Positions 1 through 8,929 of a stretch of DNA of 64,000 nt are shown piece by piece. Within the stretch, counting starts at the first letter, position 1, and each line of letters opens with the position of its first letter. The translations under genes and the position numbers were made by a program. The notes below the pieces were generated by a model. That model had not been told where the DNA came from. It saw only the letters and a program-made list of their open reading frames with translations, and did no database searches. This stretch comes from Candidatus Coproplasma sp. (GTDB lineage Bacteria; Bacillota; Clostridia; Christensenellales; Borkfalkiaceae), in contig JBJEVD010000054.1 in the NCBI GenBank assembly GCA_051884175.1, positions 2,294 through 66,293 of the forward strand, given 5' to 3'.

Positions 1-1
1 T

Positions 2-565
2 GCCGGCAGGTTTCAAAGCTTTATCGGCTTTATAAAATTTGCCCTTGCGTTCACCGCCGCAACTTTTATCAGCGGAGGAGCACTCATAGCGGTGTTCACC
101 TTAACAGGCGTTTCATACACCGACGGCGGCGGATATATCCTCTCTTCGATTCCCGTAGGTATGCCGTTATTTGCGGTAATCTGCCTGTTGATTGCAATCA
201 AAAAGATATCGGCAAAGAGGGTTAATGCAAAGACTGTAGAGGCAAAGTGCAAAATATATTTAAACGGTAAGTGCGTGGCAAGTAATGCTTTTTACGATAG
301 CGGTAACAAGGTCTACTTAAACGGCGTACCCGTCTGCGTTGTACCAAGGCACGTCGCCTTGCAGCTTGTTGATATCACGGGTATAAAGACCTTTGCTCCC
401 ATACATACTGTTGCAGGGGAGGGAAAGCTCGCCGTGTTCACTGCCGATAAAATAGAGATAGACGACGGCAAAGATAAAAAAACAATAAACAACGTTTTAA
501 TAGGGGTATCGCCGAAGCATATTAACAAAGCGGTGCTTCACCCCGACCTTTCGGAGGTTAATTAA
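2..565 (+). CDS. spoIIGA: Sigma-E processing aspartic peptidase SpoIIGA, C-terminal part (5' end lies upstream of the window)
   Basis: Frame 2 is open from the window edge to TAA at 563-565. Hydrophobic segments are followed by a YDSGN aspartic-protease-type motif. The stop overlaps the sigE ATG (TAATG), giving the canonical spoIIGA-sigE-sigG order. Confidence 0.8.
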   Translation, partial: AGRFQSFIGFIKFALAFTAATFISGGALIAVFTLTGVSYTDGGGYILSSIPVGMPLFAVICLLIAIKKISAKRVNAKTVEAKCKIYLNGKCVASNAFYDSGNKVYLNGVPVCVVPRHVALQLVDITGIKTFAPIHTVAGEGKLAVFTADKIEIDDGKDKKTINNVLIGVSPKHINKAVLHPDLSEVN

Positions 566-1260
566 TGTTTGAAAAAATCAAAAACTTTTTCCGCTCAATT
601 TTAGGCCTTAACACTTTGGATTACATCTGCGGTACGGAGGCATTGCCCCTGCCCCTCTCAGCCGAAGAGGAAAAGCAGCAGTTGGAGCTTATGGAACAGG
701 GTGACGAGGATGCAAAGGCACAGCTCGTAGAGCATAATTTACGCCTTGTGGTGTACATAGCCAAAAAGTTTGAAGGTACGGGAGTAGACGGCGACGACGT
801 CGTATCCGTAGGTACGATAGGGCTTATTAAGGCAATAGACTCTTTCAAAACGGACAAGAACATTAAGCTTGCCACCTACGCTTCACGCTGCATTGAAAAC
901 GAAATTTTAATGTATTTAAGGCGAATATCCCGCTCCAAGCAGGAGGTGTCTTTTGACGAACCGCTAAACACCGATTGGGAGGGCAACGAGTTGCTTCTAT
1001 CCGACGTAATGGGTACCGACGCCGATACCGTCTATTCAAGGGTAGAGGGCGGAGTTGAGAGAGAATTGCTGAAAAAATCGCTGAACAACTTAAGTCCGAG
1101 GGAGCAGAAGATTATGCGTATGCGCTTCGGGCTGGACGGCGGAGAGGAGATGACTCAAAAAGACGTTGCCGATTGCTTAGGCATCTCCCAAAGCTACATA
1201 TCGAGGCTTGAAAAAAAGATTATAGCCAAACTTAAAAAAGATATCTCCAAACAAATTTAA
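565..1260 (+). CDS. sigE: Sporulation sigma factor E (pro-sigma-E)
   Basis: 231 aa with an N-terminal pro-sequence. Sigma-70 regions 2 and 4 are present ([26 protein letters not shown]). It sits directly after spoIIGA. Confidence 0.93.
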   Translation: MFEKIKNFFRSILGLNTLDYICGTEALPLPLSAEEEKQQLELMEQGDEDAKAQLVEHNLRLVVYIAKKFEGTGVDGDDVVSVGTIGLIKAIDSFKTDKNIKLATYASRCIENEILMYLRRISRSKQEVSFDEPLNTDWEGNELLLSDVMGTDADTVYSRVEGGVERELLKKSLNNLSPREQKIMRMRFGLDGGEEMTQKDVADCLGISQSYISRLEKKIIAKLKKDISKQI

Positions 1261-1294
1261 CGGCAAAATATCGTACATATTGGAGGTAAAAAAT

Positions 1295-2065
1295 ATGTAC
1301 GATAAAGTTGTTATTTGCGGAGTAGATACGTCGGGATTGCCCAAGCTGACCCCAAAGGAGCAGGAGGAGCTAATGCTCAAGCTCAAGGCGGGTGACTCTC
1401 AGGCGAGGGAGAAATTCATCATAGGCAATATGCGTTTAGTTTTATCCCTGGTTAAACGTTTCTGGTCCAAAAGGGCAAACGCAGACGACGTGTTTCAGGT
1501 GGGTTGCGTGGGGCTTATCAAGGCGATAGACAACTTCGACGTCTCCGTCGGGGTCAAGTTTTCCACCTACGCGGTTCCCATGATTTTAGGCGAGATTAAA
1601 AGGTATATGCGTGACGGAAATTCTTTAAGGGTATCGCGCTCCATTCGCGATACGGCGTATAAGATATTAAAGGTGAGGGAAAAGCTGGAGGAGGACGACG
1701 AGGACGTAACTTATGATAAGATAGCGGCAGAGATGAACGTAGCCGTATCCGAAGTAGCTTATGCATTAGACGCAATCTCCGACCCCGTTTCCCTATACGA
1801 CCCGGTTTACGATAAACAGGGCGACACTCTGCTTTTAATGGACCAGCTCTCCGACCCCAAGAACAACGACGAAACGTGGACAGAAAAAGCTGCCTTGTAC
1901 GAGGCTCTCTCTCACCTCAACGAGAGGGAGAAAAACGTGCTTTTCTTGCGCTACTTCGAGGGTAAGACGCAGACGGAGATTTCCCAAAGGGTTGGCATAT
2001 CCCAAGCCCAGGTCTCAAGGTTAGAAAAAGCCGCCCTAAAGCGTATCCGCTCGGATATGGGGTAG
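1295..2065 (+). CDS. sigG: Sporulation sigma factor G
   Basis: The N-terminus MYDKVVICGVDTSGLPKLT is typical of SigG/SigF-type sigmas, and region 4.2 reads ISQAQVSRLEKAALKRIR. GGAGG at 1283-1287 precedes the ATG at 1295. The TTG at 1280 in the ORF track would overlap that RBS. Confidence 0.92.
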   Translation: MYDKVVICGVDTSGLPKLTPKEQEELMLKLKAGDSQAREKFIIGNMRLVLSLVKRFWSKRANADDVFQVGCVGLIKAIDNFDVSVGVKFSTYAVPMILGEIKRYMRDGNSLRVSRSIRDTAYKILKVREKLEEDDEDVTYDKIAAEMNVAVSEVAYALDAISDPVSLYDPVYDKQGDTLLLMDQLSDPKNNDETWTEKAALYEALSHLNEREKNVLFLRYFEGKTQTEISQRVGISQAQVSRLEKAALKRIRSDMG

Positions 2066-2156
2066 TGCGGCTACGGCGAGGTATCTTAACTTCAGAAACG
2101 TTTAACAAACTAAATTCCAATCAAGCATAAACGACTTGCAGTCGGGCAAATATAAT

Positions 2157-2193
2157 TTAAGGCGTAGTGAAGAATTTATTCGCTACGCCTTAA
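2157..2193. terminator. Hairpin between convergent sigG and ylmC
   Basis: TTAAGGCGTAG (2157-2167) pairs with CTACGCCTTAA (2183-2193). It lies between two convergent stop codons. Confidence 0.6.
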
Positions 2194-2196
2194 ACT

Positions 2197-2556
2197 TTAC
2201 TCATAGTCGTCAAAGTTTCTGCGGTTGTCGCAGGGGTTGCATGGTGCGCACGGGTCAGGGGGAGGGCACCGTCTGCATGGGTCGGGCGGAGGACAATCGG
2301 GCTTGTTGTCCTTGCCCTTTTTCGGCTTTTCCCCTGTTTTAACCAATATTGCGTCCTCGCCAACTTTAACAATATCCGAAAGGGGAATAAATATTTCCGT
2401 CTTTGTAAACTTAATACCCTTACAGCCCGTTGCAGTAAAGCCCTTTATTTTACCTTCGGGTAGAGTAAAAGTAACGTCGCAAAACTTACCGAGGTTTTTG
2501 CCGTCGGAAAGGGAAATAACGTCTAATTTTTTAAGCTTGCTGAATAAAAATTCCAT
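2197..2556 (-). CDS. YlmC/YmxH-family (PRC-barrel) sporulation protein with a Cys/Pro-rich C-terminal tail
   Basis: The N-terminal roughly 75 aa (KLDVISLSDGKNLGKFCDVTF...GFTATG...IPLSDIVKVGEDAILV) match the YlmC/YmxH pattern. The tail reads PDCPPPDPCRRCPPPDPCAPCNPCD. Confidence 0.78.
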   Translation of the reverse strand: MEFLFSKLKKLDVISLSDGKNLGKFCDVTFTLPEGKIKGFTATGCKGIKFTKTEIFIPLSDIVKVGEDAILVKTGEKPKKGKDNKPDCPPPDPCRRCPPPDPCAPCNPCDNRRNFDDYE

Positions 2557-2624
2557 ATAAAAATATATGCGGCTAAGCCTTTAAAATTGCCTGCCGCATA
2601 AATTATTATTGAGTTTTTAGTATT

Positions 2625-3188
2625 TCAGCCGCCAATCCACATATCCGCGATTATGCGTAAGGGGTTATTATCGTATAAGACGTTAAGCTTAAGCGCACCC
2701 GTCAGATATTCCCTGAAGTTTTCGGAGGTAGTACCGCCGATAAGGTAAATAATCTGAAAGATAATGAGTGCAATCATTGCAAAGAACGCAAGCGAGAAAA
2801 TCAAACCTAAAGTCTTATTGATAACCCTTATAACTACGTTTTTGGATTCAGATATGCCGTTAACTATATTGACGATAAGTATTCTTATAAGCTGTACGAT
2901 CAAGAACAGAGCTACGGCAAGTACTATAGATTCAATGCCTATGGTCTTTAAGAACATGCAGAAACCGCTTCCGTTATCAACTAAAGCCTGGGTAAACTTA
3001 GCAAGCAAGTCCTGTACGAAGCCCCAGCTTCCGACGATACCGATAAGGAAGTAGGTAACTACAATAGAAATTATAATACCAACCAGTCCGCCTGTGAAGA
3101 TCTTTAGGCACTTGCCAAAGCCGAGCAATATACCGATAAGAGCTACAAGTAATACAATTCCGAGTGCAATCCAATCTACAATCTGCAT
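2625..3188 (-). CDS. CvpA-family integral membrane protein
   Basis: 187 aa with 4-5 TM helices. The N-terminus MQIVDWIALGIVLLVALIGILLGFGK is typical of CvpA. Confidence 0.65.
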   Translation of the reverse strand: MQIVDWIALGIVLLVALIGILLGFGKCLKIFTGGLVGIIISIVVTYFLIGIVGSWGFVQDLLAKFTQALVDNGSGFCMFLKTIGIESIVLAVALFLIVQLIRILIVNIVNGISESKNVVIRVINKTLGLIFSLAFFAMIALIIFQIIYLIGGTTSENFREYLTGALKLNVLYDNNPLRIIADMWIGG

Positions 3189-3350
3189 TATATCTCTCCT
3201 TATGTTTTACTCTTTTGTATTCTCATTATAACATAGATAATTGTAAATTGCCATAAAAAACACAAAAAAATCAAAAAAATTTTTATATATTTTGTAAATA
3301 TTAACCTTTAAATATGACAAATCAGTCATATTTACAATTAAAATGCAATC

Positions 3351-3869
3351 TTAATAGATGGTTTTGCCATAACAGTCGGTTGCAACCACTGCGGGGAAAT
3401 CTTCAACTTCAAGCTTTCGTATTGCCTCGGAGAGCAATTTCGGAAAGGCGATAAGCTCGCTTGTCTTTATAGCTTTGGAGTACAAAGCACCCGCACCGCC
3501 GATAGCGGCAAAGTATACGCAGCAATTTCTGACAAGGGCGTCCGTTACATCCTCGCTCATCTCGCCCTTGCCTATCATACCTCCCAATCCGATATCCAAA
3601 AGGGTAGGCGCGTAGGCGTCCATTCTCGCGGAGGTGGTGGGTCCGCAGCTGCCGCTTGCATAGCCGGGCTTTGCAGGGCAGGGACCTGCGTAGTAGATGA
3701 TTGCGTCTTTAATGTCAAAGGGCAACTCTTCGCCCCTTGCAAGCATTTCGCACAAACGCTTATGAGCACAATCCCTCGCGGTGTATATGTAACCCGAAAT
3801 GGTAACGCTGTCGCCTGCGTGCAAATCTTTAATCTGTTCTTTAGTCAAAGGTAGTGTAAGCTTTTTCAT
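3351..3869 (-). CDS. Class I (Fe-S) fumarate/tartrate hydro-lyase, beta subunit
   Basis: GPTTSARMD and GKG motifs are present. The ATG at 3869 overlaps the alpha-subunit stop (ATGA). Confidence 0.85.
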   Translation of the reverse strand: MKKLTLPLTKEQIKDLHAGDSVTISGYIYTARDCAHKRLCEMLARGEELPFDIKDAIIYYAGPCPAKPGYASGSCGPTTSARMDAYAPTLLDIGLGGMIGKGEMSEDVTDALVRNCCVYFAAIGGAGALYSKAIKTSELIAFPKLLSEAIRKLEVEDFPAVVATDCYGKTIY

Positions 3870-4705
3870 AATTCCGCCTTCTCGCAACGAATACAATGGC
3901 ATTGAATATTAATCGCAACGGGGAGTCCTGCAATATGAGTATAAGCCCACTCGCAGCTTACGCCCAACGCCGTAGTTTTTCCGTGGAAGCCTTGACAGCC
4001 GATACCCAACGCGTTGACCCTTTCAAGTGCAACCCTTTCAATCTCCGCAACATCTTCTCTTTGGTTATGTGTGCCGACGTCCCTCGTCAACGCCCTTTTT
4101 GCAAGGTATGCACAGGTATCGAAGCTGCCGCCTATTCCCACGCCGATATAGACGGGAGGGCAGGGACGGGAACCTGCTTTTTTTACCGTTTCAACTATTG
4201 CGTCTATTATGCCGTTAACCCCTTGCGAGGGTTTAAGCATATACATTGCGCTCATATTCTCGCTGCCGAACCCTTTAGGTAAAAAAGTGATTTTAACCTT
4301 GTCGCCGGGGCATATATGGGTATGTATCGCGGCAGGAGTGTTATCGCCCGTGTTGTTGCGCGTGATGGGGTCGCAGACCGATTTGCGGAAATAACCGTCC
4401 TCGTACGCACGCCTGACTGCACCGTTTACGGCGTCCTCTAAAAGTTCTCCCGTCAAAAAGATATCTTGACCTATTTCCAATATTACAACGGACATACCCG
4501 TATCCTGACACACGGGCAACTCGTTTTCCGTTGCGGCGGTATAGTTGTCAATCAAGGTCTTTAACGAAAATTTTGCCGCTCCCTCGTCTTCGGTTTGGTA
4601 CGCCTTGTTCAAGGCGTTTTTGCAGGACGGGGTTAAATTGACGCCTGCTTTAAGGGCAAGAGAATAAACGACGTCTGCAATCTGTTTAGTGTCTAACGTT
4701 CTCAT
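3866..4705 (-). CDS. Class I (Fe-S) fumarate/tartrate hydro-lyase, alpha subunit
   Basis: 279 aa with CQDTGM and the Cys ligand pattern of Fe-S-type hydro-lyases. It is translationally coupled to the beta subunit. Confidence 0.85.
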   Translation of the reverse strand: MRTLDTKQIADVVYSLALKAGVNLTPSCKNALNKAYQTEDEGAAKFSLKTLIDNYTAATENELPVCQDTGMSVVILEIGQDIFLTGELLEDAVNGAVRRAYEDGYFRKSVCDPITRNNTGDNTPAAIHTHICPGDKVKITFLPKGFGSENMSAMYMLKPSQGVNGIIDAIVETVKKAGSRPCPPVYIGVGIGGSFDTCAYLAKRALTRDVGTHNQREDVAEIERVALERVNALGIGCQGFHGKTTALGVSCEWAYTHIAGLPVAINIQCHCIRCEKAEL

Positions 4706-4781
4706 AGCATAAATTTTAATATATTTTTTATTAAAAGTAAACTCTTTTCGTTTACTTTAATCGACACCTTAATGTATAATT

Positions 4782-5711
4782 ATGGCGATGAACAAAACAC
4801 AACCTGAAAAATTTAAACAACTTCCGCTCTCTGCAAGAGGGGGTGGGCTATCGTTCAGCATAGCGGTAATATTAAATATTTTCGTCGGGTTTATTGCCTC
4901 TTTAATCATAGGCGTAAGCAACCTTGCAGGTACGGACGCGGCAAAGTATTTAGGGTATTTAACCTCTTCCGTCGCACTCATAATAACCGTATTAATAATG
5001 CGGTTTATGTTTAACCAGCCTTTGCGCAAACTTGCTACGGTAAGATGTAACCCCAAATATATACTTATAGGGCTGCTTCTCATCTACGGATTGCTGTTTT
5101 CTTTAAACTCGCTGAACGGCTATTTGATAAAGCTCTTCGAGCTTTTAGGTTATACGCGCAAGGCAAGCACTCTGCCCGACCTTTCGGGTTGGAATTTACT
5201 TCCGGCGATTTTAGTAATAGCCGTGCTGCCGGCTGTATTTGAAGAGCTGTTATTCAGAGGAATAATTCTAAACAATTTAGAAGGGGAGGCAGGCTCGGTA
5301 AGAACGGTATTTTTAGTAGGCTTTATATTCAGCCTTTACCACGGTTCGGTGGAGCAGACAATCTACCAATTTATCTGCGGTTGCCTGTTTGCCCTGCTCG
5401 CCGTCCGTTCAAGGTCTGTAACCCCCGTCGTACTTATACACTTTATCAACAACGCCCTTATTTTAATACTCTATTCGGTTGGCGCGCTAGACGCAAACGG
5501 GGATTTGATAATCTCCCAGGGGGGCGGTATAGCAATAACGGTAACGTCCGCGCTCTGCCTTGCAGGTGCAATCGTCTGGCTTATTCTCGACAGAAAGATT
5601 AAATTCGGTTTAATCAAGGGTGAGAAAAGCAGTTTGAAGGGCTTTTTCCTCTTTGGTTCGGCTGGCATAGCCGTAACCGTCCTGACGTGGATTTTGGGGG
5701 TGTTTACGTGA
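4782..5711 (+). CDS. CPBP-family intramembrane glutamic endopeptidase (CAAX protease-like)
   Basis: Polytopic membrane protein with the EELLFRG and HFINN motifs. Confidence 0.8.
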   Translation: MAMNKTQPEKFKQLPLSARGGGLSFSIAVILNIFVGFIASLIIGVSNLAGTDAAKYLGYLTSSVALIITVLIMRFMFNQPLRKLATVRCNPKYILIGLLLIYGLLFSLNSLNGYLIKLFELLGYTRKASTLPDLSGWNLLPAILVIAVLPAVFEELLFRGIILNNLEGEAGSVRTVFLVGFIFSLYHGSVEQTIYQFICGCLFALLAVRSRSVTPVVLIHFINNALILILYSVGALDANGDLIISQGGGIAITVTSALCLAGAIVWLILDRKIKFGLIKGEKSSLKGFFLFGSAGIAVTVLTWILGVFT

Positions 5712-6145
5712 TTAAGGTCAATATCGTCTGTATAGGTAAAATTAAAGAGGGTTACTTAAGGGAAGCTATTGCAGAGTACTCCAAACGCCTTTCCCGTTTT
5801 TGCAAGCTGGAGATTAAAGAGCTTGCGGAGGGCAAAAACTTAAAGGAAGAGGCACCCCTCGTTTTAAATGCTTGCACGGGCTATAAGATTGCTCTTTGCG
5901 TAGAGGGCAAAAAATACTCGAGCGAACAGCTCGCCTCGACCGTCAAGTCGCTTTGCGATAGCGGTAAGGAGATGACTTTTATAATAGGCTCTTCCTACGG
6001 CTTAGACGACAGCGTAAAGGCACAGGCGCAATTAAAGCTGTCCTTTTCGGATATGACCTTCCCCCACCAGCTGATGAGGGTAATTCTACTCGAACAGGTC
6101 TACAGGGCGTTTATGATCAACAGCGGCAGCGAATACCACAAATAG
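5708..6145 (+). CDS. rlmH: 23S rRNA (pseudouridine1915-N3)-methyltransferase RlmH
   Basis: The N-terminus IKVNIVCIGKIKEGYLREAIAEYSKRL and the SPOUT C-terminus fit RlmH. The GTG start overlaps the preceding stop (GTGA). Confidence 0.88.
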   Translation: MIKVNIVCIGKIKEGYLREAIAEYSKRLSRFCKLEIKELAEGKNLKEEAPLVLNACTGYKIALCVEGKKYSSEQLASTVKSLCDSGKEMTFIIGSSYGLDDSVKAQAQLKLSFSDMTFPHQLMRVILLEQVYRAFMINSGSEYHK

Positions 6146-6163
6146 ACAAAACCACCCCAAGCA

Positions 6164-6348
6164 CTAATTTCTTGAATGTATCTTTTTGCCCCTGCCTGTG
6201 TTGAGCGGTCTTGACGTACGTCCGTGTACGCCTGCAACCACTCGCCTTGGCAGGAACAAAAATCTTCTATTCAAGACGCTTTGCGGTTTTAAGCAGAAAA
6301 AATACAAAAAACTGCTTTTGTGTCTATCAAAATTTTTTCTGCTTAAAA
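6164..6348. repeat. Copy A of a roughly 185-bp two-hairpin intergenic element (copy B at 26092-26280)
   Basis: About 125 bp are near-identical to 26092-26216, including the core GTTGAGCGGTYTTGACGTACGTCCGTGTACGCCTGCAACCACTCGCC. A long hairpin spans 6171-6275. A second, perfect 17-bp inverted repeat pairs 6287-6303 with 6332-6348. Confidence 0.8.
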
Positions 6349-6414
6349 CAATCAGCGATGGGGCGGTTTCGTCTATCTAATCATACAACTAATATTATTT
6401 TCGTATAATGTCGT

Positions 6415-7179
6415 ATGGATATTTACGAAGAAGTCAGTGCGGCATACTCGTCCTACAAAAGCAAAAAGTGCGTGATAGGCTATTCCTGTCGGGGCAGGGA
6501 GATTTACGCCTTTCACGTGGGGAAGGACTACGGCAAACAGTTCATTGCCGTCTTTTCGACCCACGCAAGGGAGTGGATATGTTCACGCCTCGCCTTGAAG
6601 TATATCAAGCAAAGGGTGTCTTGCGGCGGTTGGATAATACCACTTTTAAACCCTGACGGCGCAATAATTTCTCAAACGCAAAAGCCGCTGTGGAAGGCTA
6701 ACTTTCGAGGGGTTGACCTGAATTGCAATTTCGACGCCGATTGGGGCGCAGGCGTACTCAATACCACGGTAAGGGGTGCGGAAAACTGCATAGGCGACTA
6801 TCCGCTTTCGGAGCCGGAGGCAGCCTCTTTAGCCCGTTTTACTAGTCGTGTTTCGCCCTTCGTTACTTTAAGTTTCCACACTAAGGGCGGTGAAATATAT
6901 TGGGAGTACGGCGGCTTCGGGGATAAATCTGGGGCAAACATTATCTCTGCCTACACGGGTTATCACCCCAAATTAATAAGGGGCAGCGCAGGCGGCTACA
7001 AGGATTGGTGCATAAAAAAACTGTCTATTCCTGCCTACACGATAGAGTGCGGAAACGATAGCTTAACCCATCCCGTCACCAAACTTAAAGATATCAGCGA
7101 GTGTTTCGGACTTCTTACCTATTTTTTCGATAATTACGACCCCAAGACGGGCGGTTTAAAAAAATATAACTATGTTTAA
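6415..7179 (+). CDS. M14-family zinc carboxypeptidase (gamma-D-glutamyl-diamino-acid peptidase-like)
   Basis: A HAREW zinc-binding motif (HxxE) is present, with FHTKGGEIYW later in the protein. There is no SD; TATAAT at 6404-6409 lies 5 nt from the ATG. Confidence 0.72.
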   Translation: MDIYEEVSAAYSSYKSKKCVIGYSCRGREIYAFHVGKDYGKQFIAVFSTHAREWICSRLALKYIKQRVSCGGWIIPLLNPDGAIISQTQKPLWKANFRGVDLNCNFDADWGAGVLNTTVRGAENCIGDYPLSEPEAASLARFTSRVSPFVTLSFHTKGGEIYWEYGGFGDKSGANIISAYTGYHPKLIRGSAGGYKDWCIKKLSIPAYTIECGNDSLTHPVTKLKDISECFGLLTYFFDNYDPKTGGLKKYNYV

Positions 7180-7191
7180 TTAAGGTAACAC

Positions 7192-7683
7192 ATGAAAAAC
7201 AAGTATATGAGTGCGGCGTTGAAGTGTGCCCAAAAGGCGTTTGACGAGGGAGAAGTGCCTATAGGCGCAGTCGTCGTTCTGGACGGCAAGGTAATTGCAA
7301 GGGGACATAATCGACGTACAGGCAGGCAGATTGCCACCGCGCACGCCGAGATTGAGGCGATAGAAAAGGCGTGTAAAAAACTCAAGAGCTGGCGCATACC
7401 CGAATGCGAGTTGTACGTAACCTTAGAACCCTGTCCTATGTGTATGGGTGCGGTACTCAATTCAAGGATAAAAAAGGTTTACTTCGGCGCGAAAGAGGAC
7501 AAGGGGAGAAGCTTAACCGCCCAGATTGCGAGCGCGAACCTTTTAAACCACACGGTCGAAGTCGAAGGCGGAGTGATGGAGGAGGAGTGCAGAAAGATAT
7601 TATCCGACTTCTTCTCGTCAATGCGCAAGAGGGAGAAGGCAAAATCGGTTGAGGAAAATAAAACGGAAGGCGACGGCGACTAA
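7192..7683 (+). CDS. tadA: tRNA adenosine(34) deaminase TadA
   Basis: HAEIEAI and PCPMCMGA CDA-fold zinc motifs are present. Confidence 0.9.
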   Translation: MKNKYMSAALKCAQKAFDEGEVPIGAVVVLDGKVIARGHNRRTGRQIATAHAEIEAIEKACKKLKSWRIPECELYVTLEPCPMCMGAVLNSRIKKVYFGAKEDKGRSLTAQIASANLLNHTVEVEGGVMEEECRKILSDFFSSMRKREKAKSVEENKTEGDGD

Positions 7684-7748
7684 AACTTTTCAGTTTAAAA
7701 GTTACAAATTAACATTTTGAATGAAAAATTTTAATGTTACACAGTCGT

Positions 7749-7777
7749 TTGACATTAAGTTTACAAAAATATACAAT
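7749..7777 (+). promoter_or_regulatory. Sigma-A-type promoter for prs
   Basis: TTGACA (7749-7754), a 17-nt spacer, then TACAAT (7772-7777). Confidence 0.55.
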
Positions 7778-7908
7778 TAATGTGTAGTAAACATTTGCCC
7801 AAGCTAGCAAAAGGCAGGTAAAAGTCTTAGCCAATCAAGGCAGGTTAAAAAGAATTTAAACGGAAGACAACCCGTGAAAATAATATAATATCGGAGGAAG
7901 CAACCCCA

Positions 7909-8856
7909 ATGATTAACCACGGCAACGAAATTAAGATTTTTTCTGGCAACTCCAACAGACCTTTGGCAGAAAAAATAGCCGCACAGCTCAACACAACCCT
8001 CGGCGAGATGGAAGTAACCCACTTTTCCGACGGTGAAATCTACGTTCGTTATGACGAAACGGTTCGTGGCAAGGACGTGTTCTTAGTTCAGTCTACGAGC
8101 TATCCCGTCAACATGAACCTGATGGAACTGCTCATTATGATTGACGCTGCAAAGCGTGCAAGCGCAGGCAGAATTACTGCGGTTATTCCCTACTTCGGCT
8201 ATGCCCGTCAGGACAGAAAAGCGCGTTCGAGGGAACCCATCACTGCAAAGCTCGTTGCAAACCTTTTGACGAGTGCCGGTGCAGACAGAATTTTAACTAT
8301 GGATTTACACTGCTTACAGATCCAGGGCTTCTTCGATATTCCCTTGGATAACCTCGTCGGCGGTCCCACCTTATATAACTACTTCAAACCCAAGGTAGAC
8401 GACAACTTCGTAGTCGTTTCCCCCGACATCGGCTCGGTTGCGAGGGCAAGAAAGGTTGCGGCAAAGATGGACGCTAAGATGGCGATTATCGATAAACGCC
8501 GTCCCAAGGCAAATATGATGGAGGTTATGAATATAATCGGCGACGTAGAGGGCAAGAACTGCCTTATGGTCGACGATATGATAGACACCGCAGGTACTAT
8601 CGTTCAGGGTGCAAAGGCTTTAAAGGAAGCCGGAGCAAAGGAGATATATGCATGCTGTTCTCACGGCGTTCTCTCCGGTCCCGCAATCGACAGGCTCGCC
8701 GCATCTCCCATAACCGAGCTTGCAATATTGGATACCATCAATATTCCCCAGGAAAAGATGCTCCCCATCTTCAAGATTATTTCAACCGCAAGCATCTTTG
8801 CAAACGCAATCGAGAACGTATATCTCGACAAGCCTATGTCCAAGATTTACGACTGA
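7909..8856 (+). CDS. prs: Ribose-phosphate pyrophosphokinase
   Basis: 315 aa. A PRPP-binding loop (LMVDDMIDTAGT) and YFGYARQDRK are present. Confidence 0.95.
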   Translation: MINHGNEIKIFSGNSNRPLAEKIAAQLNTTLGEMEVTHFSDGEIYVRYDETVRGKDVFLVQSTSYPVNMNLMELLIMIDAAKRASAGRITAVIPYFGYARQDRKARSREPITAKLVANLLTSAGADRILTMDLHCLQIQGFFDIPLDNLVGGPTLYNYFKPKVDDNFVVVSPDIGSVARARKVAAKMDAKMAIIDKRRPKANMMEVMNIIGDVEGKNCLMVDDMIDTAGTIVQGAKALKEAGAKEIYACCSHGVLSGPAIDRLAASPITELAILDTINIPQEKMLPIFKIISTASIFANAIENVYLDKPMSKIYD

Positions 8857-8874
8857 TTTTAAAAAAGTACTTAC

Positions 8875-8906
8875 TTAAGCCACGGGCTGACCGTGGCTTA
8901 AATTTT
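8875..8906 (+). terminator. Intrinsic terminator after prs
   Basis: TTAAGCCACGG pairs with CCGTGGCTTAA and is followed by ATTTT. Confidence 0.65.
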
Positions 8907-8929
8907 AATAACAGATAAAAGGGTATAAT

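Noticed and set aside
1280-1294. The upstream TTG start for sigG given in the ORF track. Similar N-terminal extensions appear for uvrA (26290), the radical SAM gene (20981), the DUF975 gene (17492), the lipoprotein gene (13033) and the fumarase beta gene (3902).
   Set aside because: In each case an internal ATG is preceded by a GGAGG-like SD at 6-10 nt and gives the family-typical N-terminus. The extensions overlap RBSs, promoters or operators.
2225-2560. Numerous antisense or shadow ORFs of 60-146 aa listed in the track, for example 2225-2560 (+), 9861-10280 (-), 11441-11881 (-), 26901-27338 (-), 38682-39086 (-) and 49037-49456 (-).
   Set aside because: Each lies wholly inside a confidently identified gene on the opposite strand or in another frame. 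Each has a biased low-complexity composition and no RBS.
6186-6408. Two plus-strand ORFs of 64-65 aa inside repeat copy A.
   Set aside because: The homologous copy B has indels and substitutions that do not preserve these frames but do preserve base pairing. Neither ORF has an RBS.
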